From: the human T2T-CHM13v2.0 reference genome, Homo sapiens
DNA: 64,000 nucleotides
Direction: 5' to 3' (one strand)
NCBI RefSeq assembly: GCF_009914755.1
Contig: NC_060927.1
Part shown: positions 13,876-26,897 of the stretch, in pieces
Position numbering within the stretch: position 1 is the first letter of the stretch
How the letters are laid out: each line of letters begins with the position of its first letter
Notes under the pieces: generated by a model
What the model saw: the letters and a program-made list of their open reading frames with translations, nothing else
What the model was told of the DNA's origin: nothing
The model's database searches: none
Program-made: the position numbers and the translations under genes

Positions 13876-14585
13876 TCAGTAATAAAGAGCAAACAGCGAC
13901 GTGCTTCTCAAGATAAAGTCCAGAGTTCCACCTGGATATTTCTTAAATGCAGATTTCCAGGTCATACTACAGACCTATGAAATAGACTCCCTGAAGGATA
14001 TCCCTATGCACTATAAAGTCTGAGAAAGACTGGTAAGACGTTAAGTCTGTGCTTGGCAAAAGCTCAGTAAGTTAACAGGCATCATTCTGTTTACTGATGT
14101 TATCATTTATAATATGGCAAGATGAGACCTCTTCTCCAGCCTGGACAACTTAGTGTTCAAAATTAGAATTTATCTAACATCCAACTCAACAGATGTTTGC
14201 TTATCCCCAGAAGCCTGAACAGAGCCTCAATCATCAGAAAATATAAAACAAAACCAGTGACTAATTACAGCAGCCTGGGTGAATGCAGAGTAACCTTTTG
14301 CAAATGTTCCCAAGAGATCAAATAGTAGCTGTTTTAAAGAAAAAGTAGTAAGAAGCAACCTTTGAAAGATGTGATAAGCAATGTCACGTATACGCTCCCT
14401 GTGGATTGGCATCTTGCCTGGGAAGATGCTTTGTGAAGAGGGAGAGACCCTAGTGATAGGTACAAGGATTTCTCTACACAGGCTGGCTGTTAAAAGTCAA
14501 ATATGAAGCAATTCTCAAAGGCCTCTGGGCTAATCTTGCAGGGAGATCATTCATGAGTTTTCCCAGACATTGAGTCCCACAGTAC

Positions 14586-14622
14586 CTGCGTCTGTTCCCT
14601 CCGCTACCCCTACATCTTCCAT
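14586..14622 (-). CDS. Possible start of CDS or a uORF: MEDVGVAEGTDA, interrupted by a phase-1 intron
   Basis: agaagaATGG has A at -3 and G at +4. The frame is open to the donor. No protein recognised. Confidence 0.25.
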
Positions 14623-14674
14623 TCTTCTGGAAGTTGTCCAGATTACAATCTTTGCAAAAATGAGCCTTCCTTTG
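14586..14674 (-). other. Putative second exon (89 nt)
   Basis: On the minus strand a long T-rich tract precedes ...ctcctctgtgtgaccag|CAAAGG; donor is CAG|gtactg. Unique sequence with retained CpGs. Confidence 0.45.
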
Positions 14675-14711
14675 CTGGTCACACAGAGGAGCAGGATATG
14701 AAAAAACATCA

Positions 14712-14767
14712 CCAACAAAACAAAACAAAGCAAAAAGAAAAACAAAAAACAAACAAACAAAAAAAAC
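14712..14767 (+). repeat. A/CAAA-rich low-complexity tract (T-rich on minus, upstream of candidate exon 2)
   Basis: caacaaaacaaaacaaagcaaaaagaaaaacaaaaaacaaacaaacaaaaaaaac. Confidence 0.8.
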
Positions 14768-17259
14768 TGAATGGCAATCAAATGCTAAGTATCCCAGAAA
14801 AGAATTCCTCACCATTCAGATTTTGAGAAAATAAAAAATATCAAAGAAACTTTTTTGGAACATCACATTTAAACCTCAATACAATTTCCATAAAGTCTCA
14901 TTATATTCAACTAGGATTACCATTCTGTGTTTTAGTAGCTAAAAAAAATCATTCCCTCTGCTTCCTCTCATTGACATCAGAATATCGCACAGAGTTTATA
15001 TTCACCTAGCGCTCTCCTACTTTATGATAGTGATAGGAAGTGCTTAATGTGACTGAGTACTTTTCAGGAAAGATTAAGAAAAACAGCCTGGGGAGCACAG
15101 CATCTCTGAGATTTGGTTTTCTAAATTATTTTTAAAAACCCACAGATCTCTGCATACACAGCTACACAAAGCAGCACGCATGTCCCTCAGTTGCCCCTTA
15201 CCGTCTTTTCATTGCCCATTTTCTATATTGTTGATGTACTTCAGGGCAAACCCAACACAAGACCACTTAGCCTGCTCTGCAAACAGCTCTACAAAGACCA
15301 TAAATGTCACCACCAAATTGGTGAGTGCTAGTTCAAACCTTTGCACCTCTCATTCCTCGACACATCTGTGTCCCTAAGGATAACAATTCTGGCTTAAAAG
15401 AAATCTTGGGAAAAGAAGCCAAGAGTTTTTCCTGTTGAAGCTAAGTGGGAGGAGGCTAGTGGGGAAGTGGGCTCGATAAAACTGTCTCAAAAATAAGTTC
15501 CATCTTAAGCTCACAGAGGGAATGAGAGAGTTATTTCAGTTTCTTAAATGGAAGTACAACCCCGAAAATAAAAAATAAAAGGCTTGTTGATGCAGAGGCT
15601 TGAAAGCCTGTGTGAGATTGAGGGTATCACTGAGGAAAGACTGCCTTGTAACAGAGCTTTCTTGTATTACACCCAAAGCTGTGTACCATCTGAGGCTGAT
15701 TCAGGAAAATACTCAAATCTCCTGGTAATTTCCTGCAGACAGGACGTTTAATCATCTCCAAGCCTCCACCGCAAAAGAAAAAAAAAAAAGCTAAACCAAA
15801 TGATTCACACTCTTAAAACGAATCTGCCTTCAGAAGAAGAACGGTTTTCTGGTCTTGAAAAGCAGCCACAATTTGTTATTCTAACAAAGTGTTCCTTTCC
15901 TCCAAACAGAAATAAAAGTTGCTCAAGGAGGGCTTGTCCTGATTTCTGTTCTGCATTTCTTGAAACTTCCATCCAGTCAACAGTTTCTCCTGGCAGGTTC
16001 TCAGAAATCCAGAGAGAGCTGGGTAGTCAGTGACTAAGAACACAGGATCATTTTTATATGCCTCCCTAACCCCCACTTTTTGGCCCCATGGGAAGATGCT
16101 TTATTGTAGGATGAGCAGAATCAGCTGCATATATAAATTCTTCACTGCCCAGCTCACTTGACACCTTTATCTGAATTGCCCAACAGGCTGGGAAGATTTG
16201 GCAATTGATGATTTGAAAAGGAAAGGCCCAGATCTTCCCCAAGTGGTATTTGTTCTGTCTGTACAGACAGGGCCATGTCCATGTCTCTAATTACTCAACT
16301 AGCTGCACAGATAAAAACATTTGCGTACAGAAAGCAGGGAACTCAAAGTATACAAATGATTCACACCACCTAAACAACTGCAAATAAAGGCCGGCCCAGC
16401 AAAATAAGGGCTTCTAGAAGCCAAAATAATTTAATATGGGCGGAAATGGAATTTGGCAATCCACACATCAGACTCTGCTCCAATTTTGGAAGGCATGTCT
16501 TCCAGCTGCCTCATCTTAAAAAAAAAAAAAAGTAAACTCTGACCCTCTGCATTCGATTCTCAACCTCTTGCTTAGGTACACACAAGTGAACAGATGGGTG
16601 GGGGGAGCTGAAACCTCATCTTTTAAATCTTACCCAGCACCTACCCACAATCTTTCCTGATTATTTTGGTTTTAAAATTTCCCAGGGCACGGCTGCCCAG
16701 GCACCCCAGATTTGTAATCCCAACCTTCACCAAGTCCTGACTCTTCCAGCATCTGAGAGGGTGCATTTGGCAACTTGGAAAGTAAGAATTAACTCTCTCA
16801 TCTCCAAACTATACACTCCCCCATGTAGAGCTAGGAAGGGCTAGGAGAAGGGCCCTCTCCACCTACCCCGATTCAGAAAGAACACATTAACAAATCCAGA
16901 GTTGCTTCATTACCGAAGTCCACCAAGAAGCAAAGAAATGGATTTTTAAAGTTCTGGGAAAATAAACAACTTTTATCTTTTCGGGGATATAAGCTCAAAA
17001 TATAAAGGTATGTGGGAAGAAGTAAGTCATGTTTTAAAGTAGATCTTCCTGGAGATGTTAAGAAATATTTTGAATAGAAAATAACTAGGTCATTAACAGT
17101 AAATACCTTTTAAATATTTAGGGGAAAATGAATTCTAAGAGAATAAAGGCTATTTAAAAAGCAAGTCCAGGGATGTTTTCATGTTCCCTCTTAAGTAGTC
17201 CTAATACAATAATACCACCATCGCCTCGTGATATTATGATTACCATTGCTGGTTAATAA

Positions 17260-17850
17260 AGTGGCTGCGCGAAAGGTGGCTGACACTCAGACCCTCAGTT
17301 CACCAGGTCCCCACCGCGGGGCTCCTGACTTCCCAGCGTCTGGGTGGCAAAGCGCATCTCTCCCAGAGCTTAGTTTCCAGCTGCAAGGCCCCTTTTTCAG
17401 GGGAGCTCCTGAAACCAGGAGCAAACATGCCCCTGCGCCGCCCTCTGTGCTCCCCGGCGATGGGGGGGCCACTTACCCGGCTTAGCCTTGCATTGCTCCG
17501 ACGCTGCGGCGCCTCTGCCGGCCCGGGAAACTGGGGGGGAGCCGGGGAAAGGGGGTTGGAGACCCAGGGGCAGGGGTAGCGGCCGCAGCTAAGGAACCCA
17601 GCGGGGCGTCGGCAGCCAACTGCCCGGAGCCGAAGGGGGCCCTGCAGGGGCTCCGCACAAGGCAGGTAACATTCCTGGGGCGGCAGCTGCTCTGTGCGCA
17701 GCTCCGGATCCAGGAAAATCGCTCAGGTCCTGGGGAGAGGAGCTCCAAGCTCTCTGGGCTGCCTCCCGGCTGCTTAAAGGGACACCTCCCCACCTCCCAC
17801 TCAGCTTATTGGTGAAAATCTCGAGCCACAGGCCAATCCTAGGCCTGTTC
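17260..17850 (-). promoter_or_regulatory. CpG-rich promoter of a minus-strand gene (identity not recognised)
   Basis: Only non-Alu CpG/GC-dense segment in the window. Minus strand reads CCAAT (17812-17808), a GGGAGGTGGGGAGG SP/KLF-type box (~17798-17785) and TATA-like TTTAAG (17778-17773). A second CCAAT is on + at 17833-17837. A strong splice donor follows. Confidence 0.75.
17477..17750 (-). other. Putative first exon (5'UTR) of minus-strand gene
   Basis: Ends in consensus donor CGG|GTAAGT (+ strand acttacccg, 17471-17479). The 5' end is inferred ~25-30 nt downstream of the TATA-like box. It contains only short ATG-initiated ORFs. Confidence 0.65.
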
Positions 17851-18214
17851 CCAAATTGAGATTTCAATCAAGGGAGCTACTACTTTAAAATTAGAAAGGG
17901 CTAATGGAGTGCTGAGCCACCTTTCAAAAGCAGAAGGACACAGGCTCTCTGGCCCTCACACCAGAGGTCCTGAGAGCTGGCAGTGGCTGGAAGAGAAAGA
18001 TTCGACTGTGCCACGCACACAAGGAACAGGGGGCATGCTGGAATCCTAGGCTTCACCCCTCCTGTGCCCCCCTCAACCCACTGCTGTCCTTCAAGGCTCA
18101 TCCAGTTTATCACAGACACTGGAGGCCTTCGTGGCTCTCTGCTCTTGGTGCTCCTAAAGCCTTTGCTTATGTCTCTTTTCAGCCACTCATCACATTTTCA
18201 CTTTTTTGCTTAAT

Positions 18215-18340
18215 CTGTCACTCCCTTTACACTGTAAATTCTACCTAGGTAGGAATGTTTTTATCAAGACATATCACTCCCTACCTGGAACGTCGTGAGC
18301 TCTCAGTAAATGTTTGTTTATTGATTGAATGAATGAATAC
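18215..18340 (+). mobile_element. L2 3' end
   Basis: ctcagtaaatgtttgtttattgattgaatgaatgaat. Confidence 0.6.
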
Positions 18341-18869
18341 ACAAAAGAATGAACAATGGAAATATGTCCCATGTTGGCTATGCCAGTACAATTGTTAATT
18401 AAGAGAGTAGTCAAAAGGCCAGGCATTAATTTCACACAAAACTGTGTTCATATATGGACTCTCCCTCTTACAGGTAGGTAACCTGCATTTTAGTTTCCTT
18501 GTCTGTAAAGCATGATCATGAAATTTACCATCTCATAGGGTTGTAGTAAAGATTGCATGAGCTCATGTTTAGTCCAGAGGAGGCACTCAGTCAATAACCT
18601 CGGACAACTGAACAGTCAATAGCTGTTGTTATCACTGCAATTAAAATACATTTGCTGGAGATTTGGACTGAGTCTGACTGCTGATCTGACTTTGTAGTGA
18701 GCACAGTTATTAATGAAACAAACGTGAGTTAAGTGCCAGCTCAGTGCCAGGCCCCATGCCAGGTACTAGGATCATCAATGAAAGATAAAGTCCTTGACCA
18801 CAAGTAACCCATAGTGGTGGCAGGCGGAGGAGGGGAGAGAAGGAAACAGACGAAGTGAATTATGCTAAA

Positions 18870-20820
18870 TGATATACAAGCAAAGACATATGTAAAGGAA
18901 TGTTTATTGTAGGATAGTTTATAAGATCAAAATAACTGAAAACATAATTATCCAATAATACAGGACGTTAGTAAATTATGATACATCCATATGATAGAAT
19001 ACTATACAGTCATGAGAAAGAAGAGGAAGAACTAAGTGCACCAGTATGCACTGAGCTCCTCAATACATTGCTAAGTACAGTGCAGATAGTAAAACATATT
19101 TCTGCTTGCACAAAACATCTTCATGTATTACGTATGTGCACATACATATGCTGTATATGCAAAAAGTACTTCTAGAACCATGCCTAAGAAAATGATAAAG
19201 GTTGTTGTTACTGACAAGGTGATTTGAGGCCTAGGCAGATCTAAGAGGATAAGGACACTAACGTTTCATCATATGTCCTTGTATATTATTTGAACCTTTT
19301 ACCATGAGCTTGTAACAAGGTCCTGGTTCTGGCAAAATGGCAAATGATGACAACCTGAAAATTCCAACTCTTCAAATACCTAGACATGCTAGATAAAATA
19401 TAACAAAAATTATTTTAAATGCCTAGCTGACTCACAATAAAGAAAGGAAGGCTGGGCACGATGGCTCACACCTGTAATCCCAACACTTTGGAAGGCCACA
19501 CCAGGAGGATCATTGAAGCCGTGAGTTCAATATCAGACTTGGCAACATAGCAAGACACCATCTCTACACAAAATAAAAAACTAACTGGTTGCAGTGGTGT
19601 GCACCTGTAGTCCTAGCTACTTAGGAGGCTGAGGTGGTTGGTTCGGCCCAGGAATTCAGGGCCACATTGAGCCATGAGGGCACCAATCTACTTCAACCTG
19701 GGTGACAGCATGAGACCTTACATAAAACAAAAAAAAACAAAAAAAACAAAAAAAAAACCACAGGAAAATACCAAGAAATAAAGAGGTAATTAAAAACAAG
19801 AGTAAGAAGCATGCAAAGTTATGCTGTGGCTATGAGAGAGAGGGAAGAGTGGTTGGTGGCAGACAAAAGGGTTGTCTTGGTTCCCTAGGGGCTAGGATTG
19901 TAATGCCCACACAGGAGACAGACAGTGCCTTGGGACAAAGAGAAGCAGGAAGCTGTTACAAGACCTTTGTAGAAAGCCAAAAATATTCACTGAGGGCTGC
20001 ACCTTCAATGAACAAATAGATTGGAAAAATTGACAACCACCTAGGTAAAACTTGTCTGTCTCTACCTGTATTGTGGGTGAGAGGGAAATGTTTTAACTGA
20101 GAATGAGAAATCCTAGGGCTGTGCCTTTCATGAGATTCTAGGAATAACAAAAGTCAAAATCAGGAAGCTCTGACTAAAAAAATTAATATTAAAATTAGTC
20201 CTGTTCGTGACATGCCAGGAATGCCTTATAGAAACAAATGAAGATTTCTCTGGCCACTTCTACAACCCAGGCTACAACCAATCCCACAAGCATGAGATCC
20301 CAACGGTAAATTATACAACATCCAAGAAACTGATGTTACAAGTCAACAAATAAAAGAATAAGAGGCTCAAGAATTACAGGTCATAAAACAATTGACATTC
20401 TGAAAAGAAACATGGAATGAGAAAGTTTATAAGGATTTAAAACACTGAAGCTAAAATTGAAACCCTTAAAAAGAACAAGACATGATGACTACTCCTCTCC
20501 ATAGATCCACTAAAATTAAAAACTCAAAGGACAGGTTAAATAGATACTAGTAAAGCAAGAAACGTAGATCTCACGACACTACACAAATAAAGCACAAAAG
20601 GATAAAGAGTTGAAAAATATCTGAGAGATAAAGAGATATGGAGAATATAATGAGAAGGCCCAACGTCTGTGTAATAGGACTCCCATAGGGAGAGACCAGA
20701 GAAATCAGGAAGAACCAATAACTGAAGATATGATGGCTGAGAATTTTCTGAAATTTTTAAAAATCATGAATCCTCCCATTCAAGAAGCACAAGCCATCTC
20801 AAACAGGATAAACATAGAGC
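18870..20820 (+). mobile_element. Old L1M fragments (3' piece, then 5'UTR/ORF1 remnant), interrupted by AluJ
   Basis: Translation at 20730 (MMAENFLKFLKIMNPPIQEAQAISNRIN) resembles the L1 ORF1 motif IMAENFPNL...IQEAQRTP. Confidence 0.65.
19450..19757 (+). mobile_element. AluJ (diverged)
   Basis: Dimeric Alu with J-type ggaggatcattga...ggcaacatagcaagac. Confidence 0.9.
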
Positions 20821-21379
20821 ATTTGCAAGTATTAATTATTCAAAAAACAACAGTTAATAAAAAACTGAAGTGGGGAAAAATGAAGCGGTGTGATAATGCA
20901 ACGACAGCGGTAAGTAGCAGACGGCACTTTGTAGTCCAGAAGAGAGGCAACTTCTGCCATCCCACATTTGAAGCTGGACTCTATTTTCCTGAAATTTTCA
21001 TCCCCAAATATAAGGAATACAAAACAATAGCATGTTCTTGAAGACTTAGCTTTGTATTTTCTATGGTGTCCAGGTGCCCAGGGCAAAGTGGCAGAGATCT
21101 CCTGGGAAAGATGCATTTATTCAGCCACCAAACAAAAGCAGTAAAAAACAGAAAACAAAATAAAACAAAAAGCCCCAAGTCCCTGCCCTCAGGGGTCTTA
21201 CTCTGGTGGTAGAAGCAGCTATCACACAATGGAGAACGTCATAATAAGGGAATAGAAACTGCTATGGAAACTCAGAGGAAGAATGTCTCAACTAACTTTG
21301 CGGGGAGAGGTGGTAGCTCAGGGAAGGCTTCTTGCAGGAAGTCACATCTACCATGAGGGACCTGGTATCTTTAGGGGAA

Positions 21380-21597
21380 AAGATTAGAATCAGATCTGCC
21401 TTTAAACCTCAGTTCTGCCACTTATTATCTTGTGGCTTTGGTCAGGTTGTGTAACTTCTCCAAGCTTCATTTATCTCATCTGTAATGGAATTCTTATCAC
21501 TAGTCTTGGGGCTGTTTTGAGAATATATATTAAGCATGTAGCAGAGTGCCTAGCCCATAATTAATTTCTACTAAATAGGTATCCAATATTATTATTA
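21380..21597 (+). mobile_element. MIR
   Basis: cctcagttctgccacttatt...ctcatctgtaatgg...agagtgcctagcccata. Confidence 0.65.
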
Positions 21598-22496
21598 GAT
21601 AAAATCCAGTGCCTGGGTAGAAAAAAAAAACCTTCTGTTTTCAAAGATGATTCTCTTCTAACAGTTAAAGACAGAGACTTCAGTCTACTTTCATGAAACT
21701 ACCCTGAGAAATATAAATTGTTTACTGAGTATCTATCATATGAAAGACATATCATCATCAAAATACAGAGTTATCAGACCTAGTCTTTTCCATAAAATAA
21801 TTTCAAATCTACTTCCCAAAATACAACTAATAAGGGCTTCCTATGTTAAGTGTCAAATAAATGATTTTCTCCAGTGTTAAATCTTGAATCTGTGACAAAA
21901 TTCTTGTTCATATCATTAAACCTTCAGATTCCCAATTACACATCAAGTTGAAAGAATTCAGCGTCAAGCAGGAGGAGGATTAAATGGACCCTCCTCAGCA
22001 TTACTCAATAGGTTTGTGGATGATGGGGATGATACATAGAGAAGATACTTGTGAAGTCCAGCCAATCATTGCCGGGCTGTGCCAGTGCTTGGTGGAGAAG
22101 AACACAGAGCTATCTAGCCAACCTGGAGGAACTGCCTAAACTGAAGTGAATGAAATTCAGTAATGGCAAAGGTTGTGCCTGCCCTTTGGAAGAAGCACTG
22201 AACTGTAAAGTCTTAGGAAAGAATTGGGCAAGGGCATGCTCTTCCATTAATTCCTTCGTGCACTACTTAACAAACATTTATATAGTATCTACTATGAGAT
22301 ATAGTTTACCATGTAGGCTGGGTATACAGGGAGAAACAAGACTAAAACACAATCCCTGCCTTCAGGAGCATAAAATGTAGTAATTTGAGATCCTCTTTAC
22401 TTGAAAAACAAGGCACTCTGACATTCTTCCTTCTACTGTCCAGTGAGTACCTAACTTTTGTAACCATCTTGAGTATACTCCTGGGAGTAAACACCA

Positions 22497-22690
22497 CTTG
22501 TTTCACAATGGAAATAGATCTCATGTCTTGGGCTAGCATCAATTGATTAGTAGTGGCTTCCTGGAGTGCTGACTTGACAAGAAGTCATGCTGCGTTGGCA
22601 GGAAAGCACACTATGATTGGTTAGTGATGTCTGTCATGTGGATGGATAAGGAGTGACAGCACTAATGCTATAAATTTGACATCTTCCATC
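22497..22690. mobile_element. MER117-like hAT-Charlie element
   Basis: caattgattagtagtggcttcctggagtgctg...tgattggttagtgatgtctgtcatg. Confidence 0.55.
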
Positions 22691-23706
22691 TAGTCCAACC
22701 CCCTCATTCCACAGATGAAAAAACAGAACAGATCTTTCTTTTTTCCTGTGGCATTTAAATTCAGCAACACTTGCAAGGGCAACCGAGGAGAACCTCCATA
22801 TCCGAAATGTTGCTGAGAGAGAAAAAAATCTATAGCTTAGAATATTTCTGATGAGCTTTTAAGATATGAACTCAAATCCTTGAGCAGCCTTTGTATTCTG
22901 CAACAAGCTGACTAAATGGAGAAAGCTAGTAACTTTGATCTCCCCATTAGCTACAAAGTGTATCCCCCTCCACATATACAAGATTATATTCAATATACAT
23001 AATTTGAGGATGCTTGAGAATTTAAAATGCATCGAGGGACAGAAATGTCTATAAACTGAATATATTTCAGAAACACAAAATGAACAAATACATAAAACAG
23101 CAATTAACATGTTATTTAAGAAAGGACAGATTTTTATCATTTTATTCTATTAAATGGTATAGATATCATCAGCCAAACAAAGGAAAAGAAAAGCTCTTAT
23201 TTATTTTCATACAGACACTTTATATCCTGGGGACTCTGTAACAGTAACTAAGGAGATAGGGTTTGTCCCCATTCAGCAGGTCTATGCCCAATCTATCAAC
23301 ACATACAACCACCACCCAGTCCAATCACAAAGAATCCAATCCAGGCTCCTTGGCTGCAAAGGACAGAATGGTAAAAACGGACAACAGATAAGCAGTAAGT
23401 CCAACCTCAGCCTCATTCAGATACAAAGAACAAATTGTAGCATTTGATTAATATGCCAGCTCTTCTGTCATGCCAACTGCAAAGTGAATTTTCTGGAAAA
23501 CCAACTCCTTGAGAAATAGGTCTAATTAATTCAGTTATATAAACTCCAGTGAAATATTAGGGGGAAGGGACAGGAGACAGAGAGTGAGAAGGAGGCTAGG
23601 AAGGAAAAGGAGAAGGAAGGAAGCAAGGAAGGAGGGAATGAATGAAAATAAGTGAGGAGATTATGAAAAGGATGCTCTGGAGATCCTGGGTTACTTTAAG
23701 AATCAA

Positions 23707-24038
<332 letters not shown>

Positions 24039-24269
24039 TTAAGACAACAGGAATCATATTTATACTTCAGTCAAATGCACTGTTGAAGGTATGGATAAGA
24101 AATTAAAAGATGGCCTACTCAAACAACTCTGTAATACATACATTTGTTAGACTAGTTTTTATCCCCCCCAAAACTCAGTCATTGGCATATCACCTTCAGT
24201 GTATCTGCTAAATCTGCTTTCACTAAGTACCATGTTTGTCATTTGTCATATTGAATATACCTTATATTA

Positions 24270-25095
<826 letters not shown>

Positions 25096-26097
25096 ACAAA
25101 AACAGACAAAACCCCAAAACTTAAAACCATCCCTCGGAACATTTTGGTTTTAATTATTCCTGTATTAAATATTTGCCTGTTATCTTACTTGCTACTTGCT
25201 CTTATAAAGATGTTTAATGAATTGCTCAAAAAATAGTTCATGAGGTACTGTTGCCTACTAAAAACTGTGAACCTAAAGTTGCTCTTTCTTCATTAGAAAG
25301 GAAAATGATGAAATTTTAGAGGTGTGTCAACCCTAACCCTCAAATGAGACCTCCTCCTTGATGCCTTACAATGTTTGGAAGACTGAAAAGAGAATGTTTG
25401 TAACTACGTGGAACTCAATGTCAGTTCTCGAATTGACCCTGCATCCCCCTCACCCATCTCACACTTTGGGAAACAGTGCTATAGATCCAAAACTCCATGA
25501 GGGAAGAGTTTGCACCTGTCTTATTGTTCACATCATCCTCAGTATCTAACATAGCAGGCACTTGATAAATATCCATAAAATGAGCATGTGAAACCTCTCT
25601 GCAGTGTCTCACACTCCACCCTCCAGGTGAGAAAACTCCTGAGGCAGCGCAGTTCATCACAAGCCGGCATTGCTCCACAGAGAGCAAGTCCAGCCCCTCT
25701 TCCACTCAACATCCTTCCAAACCTGAGCCTTGTCTTCTAGCAACTCAGTTCTGTTAACTGCTGCTTGTGGGACATTGTTTCAAACCTTTTTTACCACCCC
25801 AGCCACTCAAAATGTGACATCCAATTAAACAAGAACAAGGAATTATTGTCAATATTGTCAGGTGAGATGTAGTTACGTAAGAACACATCCATGCTTTCCG
25901 GAGAAACATGTTGAAACATGTAAGGCTAAAATAACACAGCATCTGAGATGTGCTTTGAAACATTTAGGAAGGAAGCAGGAAGGTGGGATAAAGGGAGGGA
26001 GGTCAAGCAACAGGAAATTTGGACATAGGAAGAAAATCTAGCTAGACTTCGATAATTGTTAAATCTGTTATGTGGAGATACATTGTACAGCTCTCTC

Positions 26098-26395
26098 TTT
26101 TTAATTTATTTTAGAGACAGGGTGTCACTCTGTCACCCAGGCTGGAGTGCAGTGGTGTAACGACAGCTCACTGCAGCCTTGAACATCTGGGCTCAAGCCA
26201 TCTTCCTACCTCAGCCTCCAAAGTAGCTCAGACCACAGGCACATGCCACCACATCTGGCGAATTTTTTAAATTTTTTGTAGAGACGTGGTCTTGCTATGT
26301 TAAACAGGCCAGTCTCAAACTCCTGGACTTAAGTAACCCTCCATCTCAGCCTCCCAAAGGTCTAGGATTACAGCTGTGAGCCACTGCACCTGGCC
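26098..26395 (-). mobile_element. AluJ
   Basis: gagacagggtgtcactctgtcacccaggctgg...cagctcactgcagccttg...ctgggctcaagc. Confidence 0.92.
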
Positions 26396-26517
26396 TGTAC
26401 TGTTCTTTTGATTTCTTATTATGTTTGAAAATGGTCTTAGTAATAAAAAACCTTCAAGCATGATTTGTCCAGGGCAGGGTGGAGTGGGTTTATGCCCTCC
26501 TCATTCCCAACACATGA

Positions 26518-26897
<380 letters not shown>

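Noticed and set aside
17482-17867. 92-103 aa ORFs across the CpG region
   Set aside because: GC-rich sequence is stop-poor, and both start at non-ATG codons upstream of the inferred TSS. Only their internal ATG uORFs were kept.
20730-21041. ORF beginning MMAENFLKFLK
   Set aside because: Degraded L1 ORF1 remnant, not a host gene.
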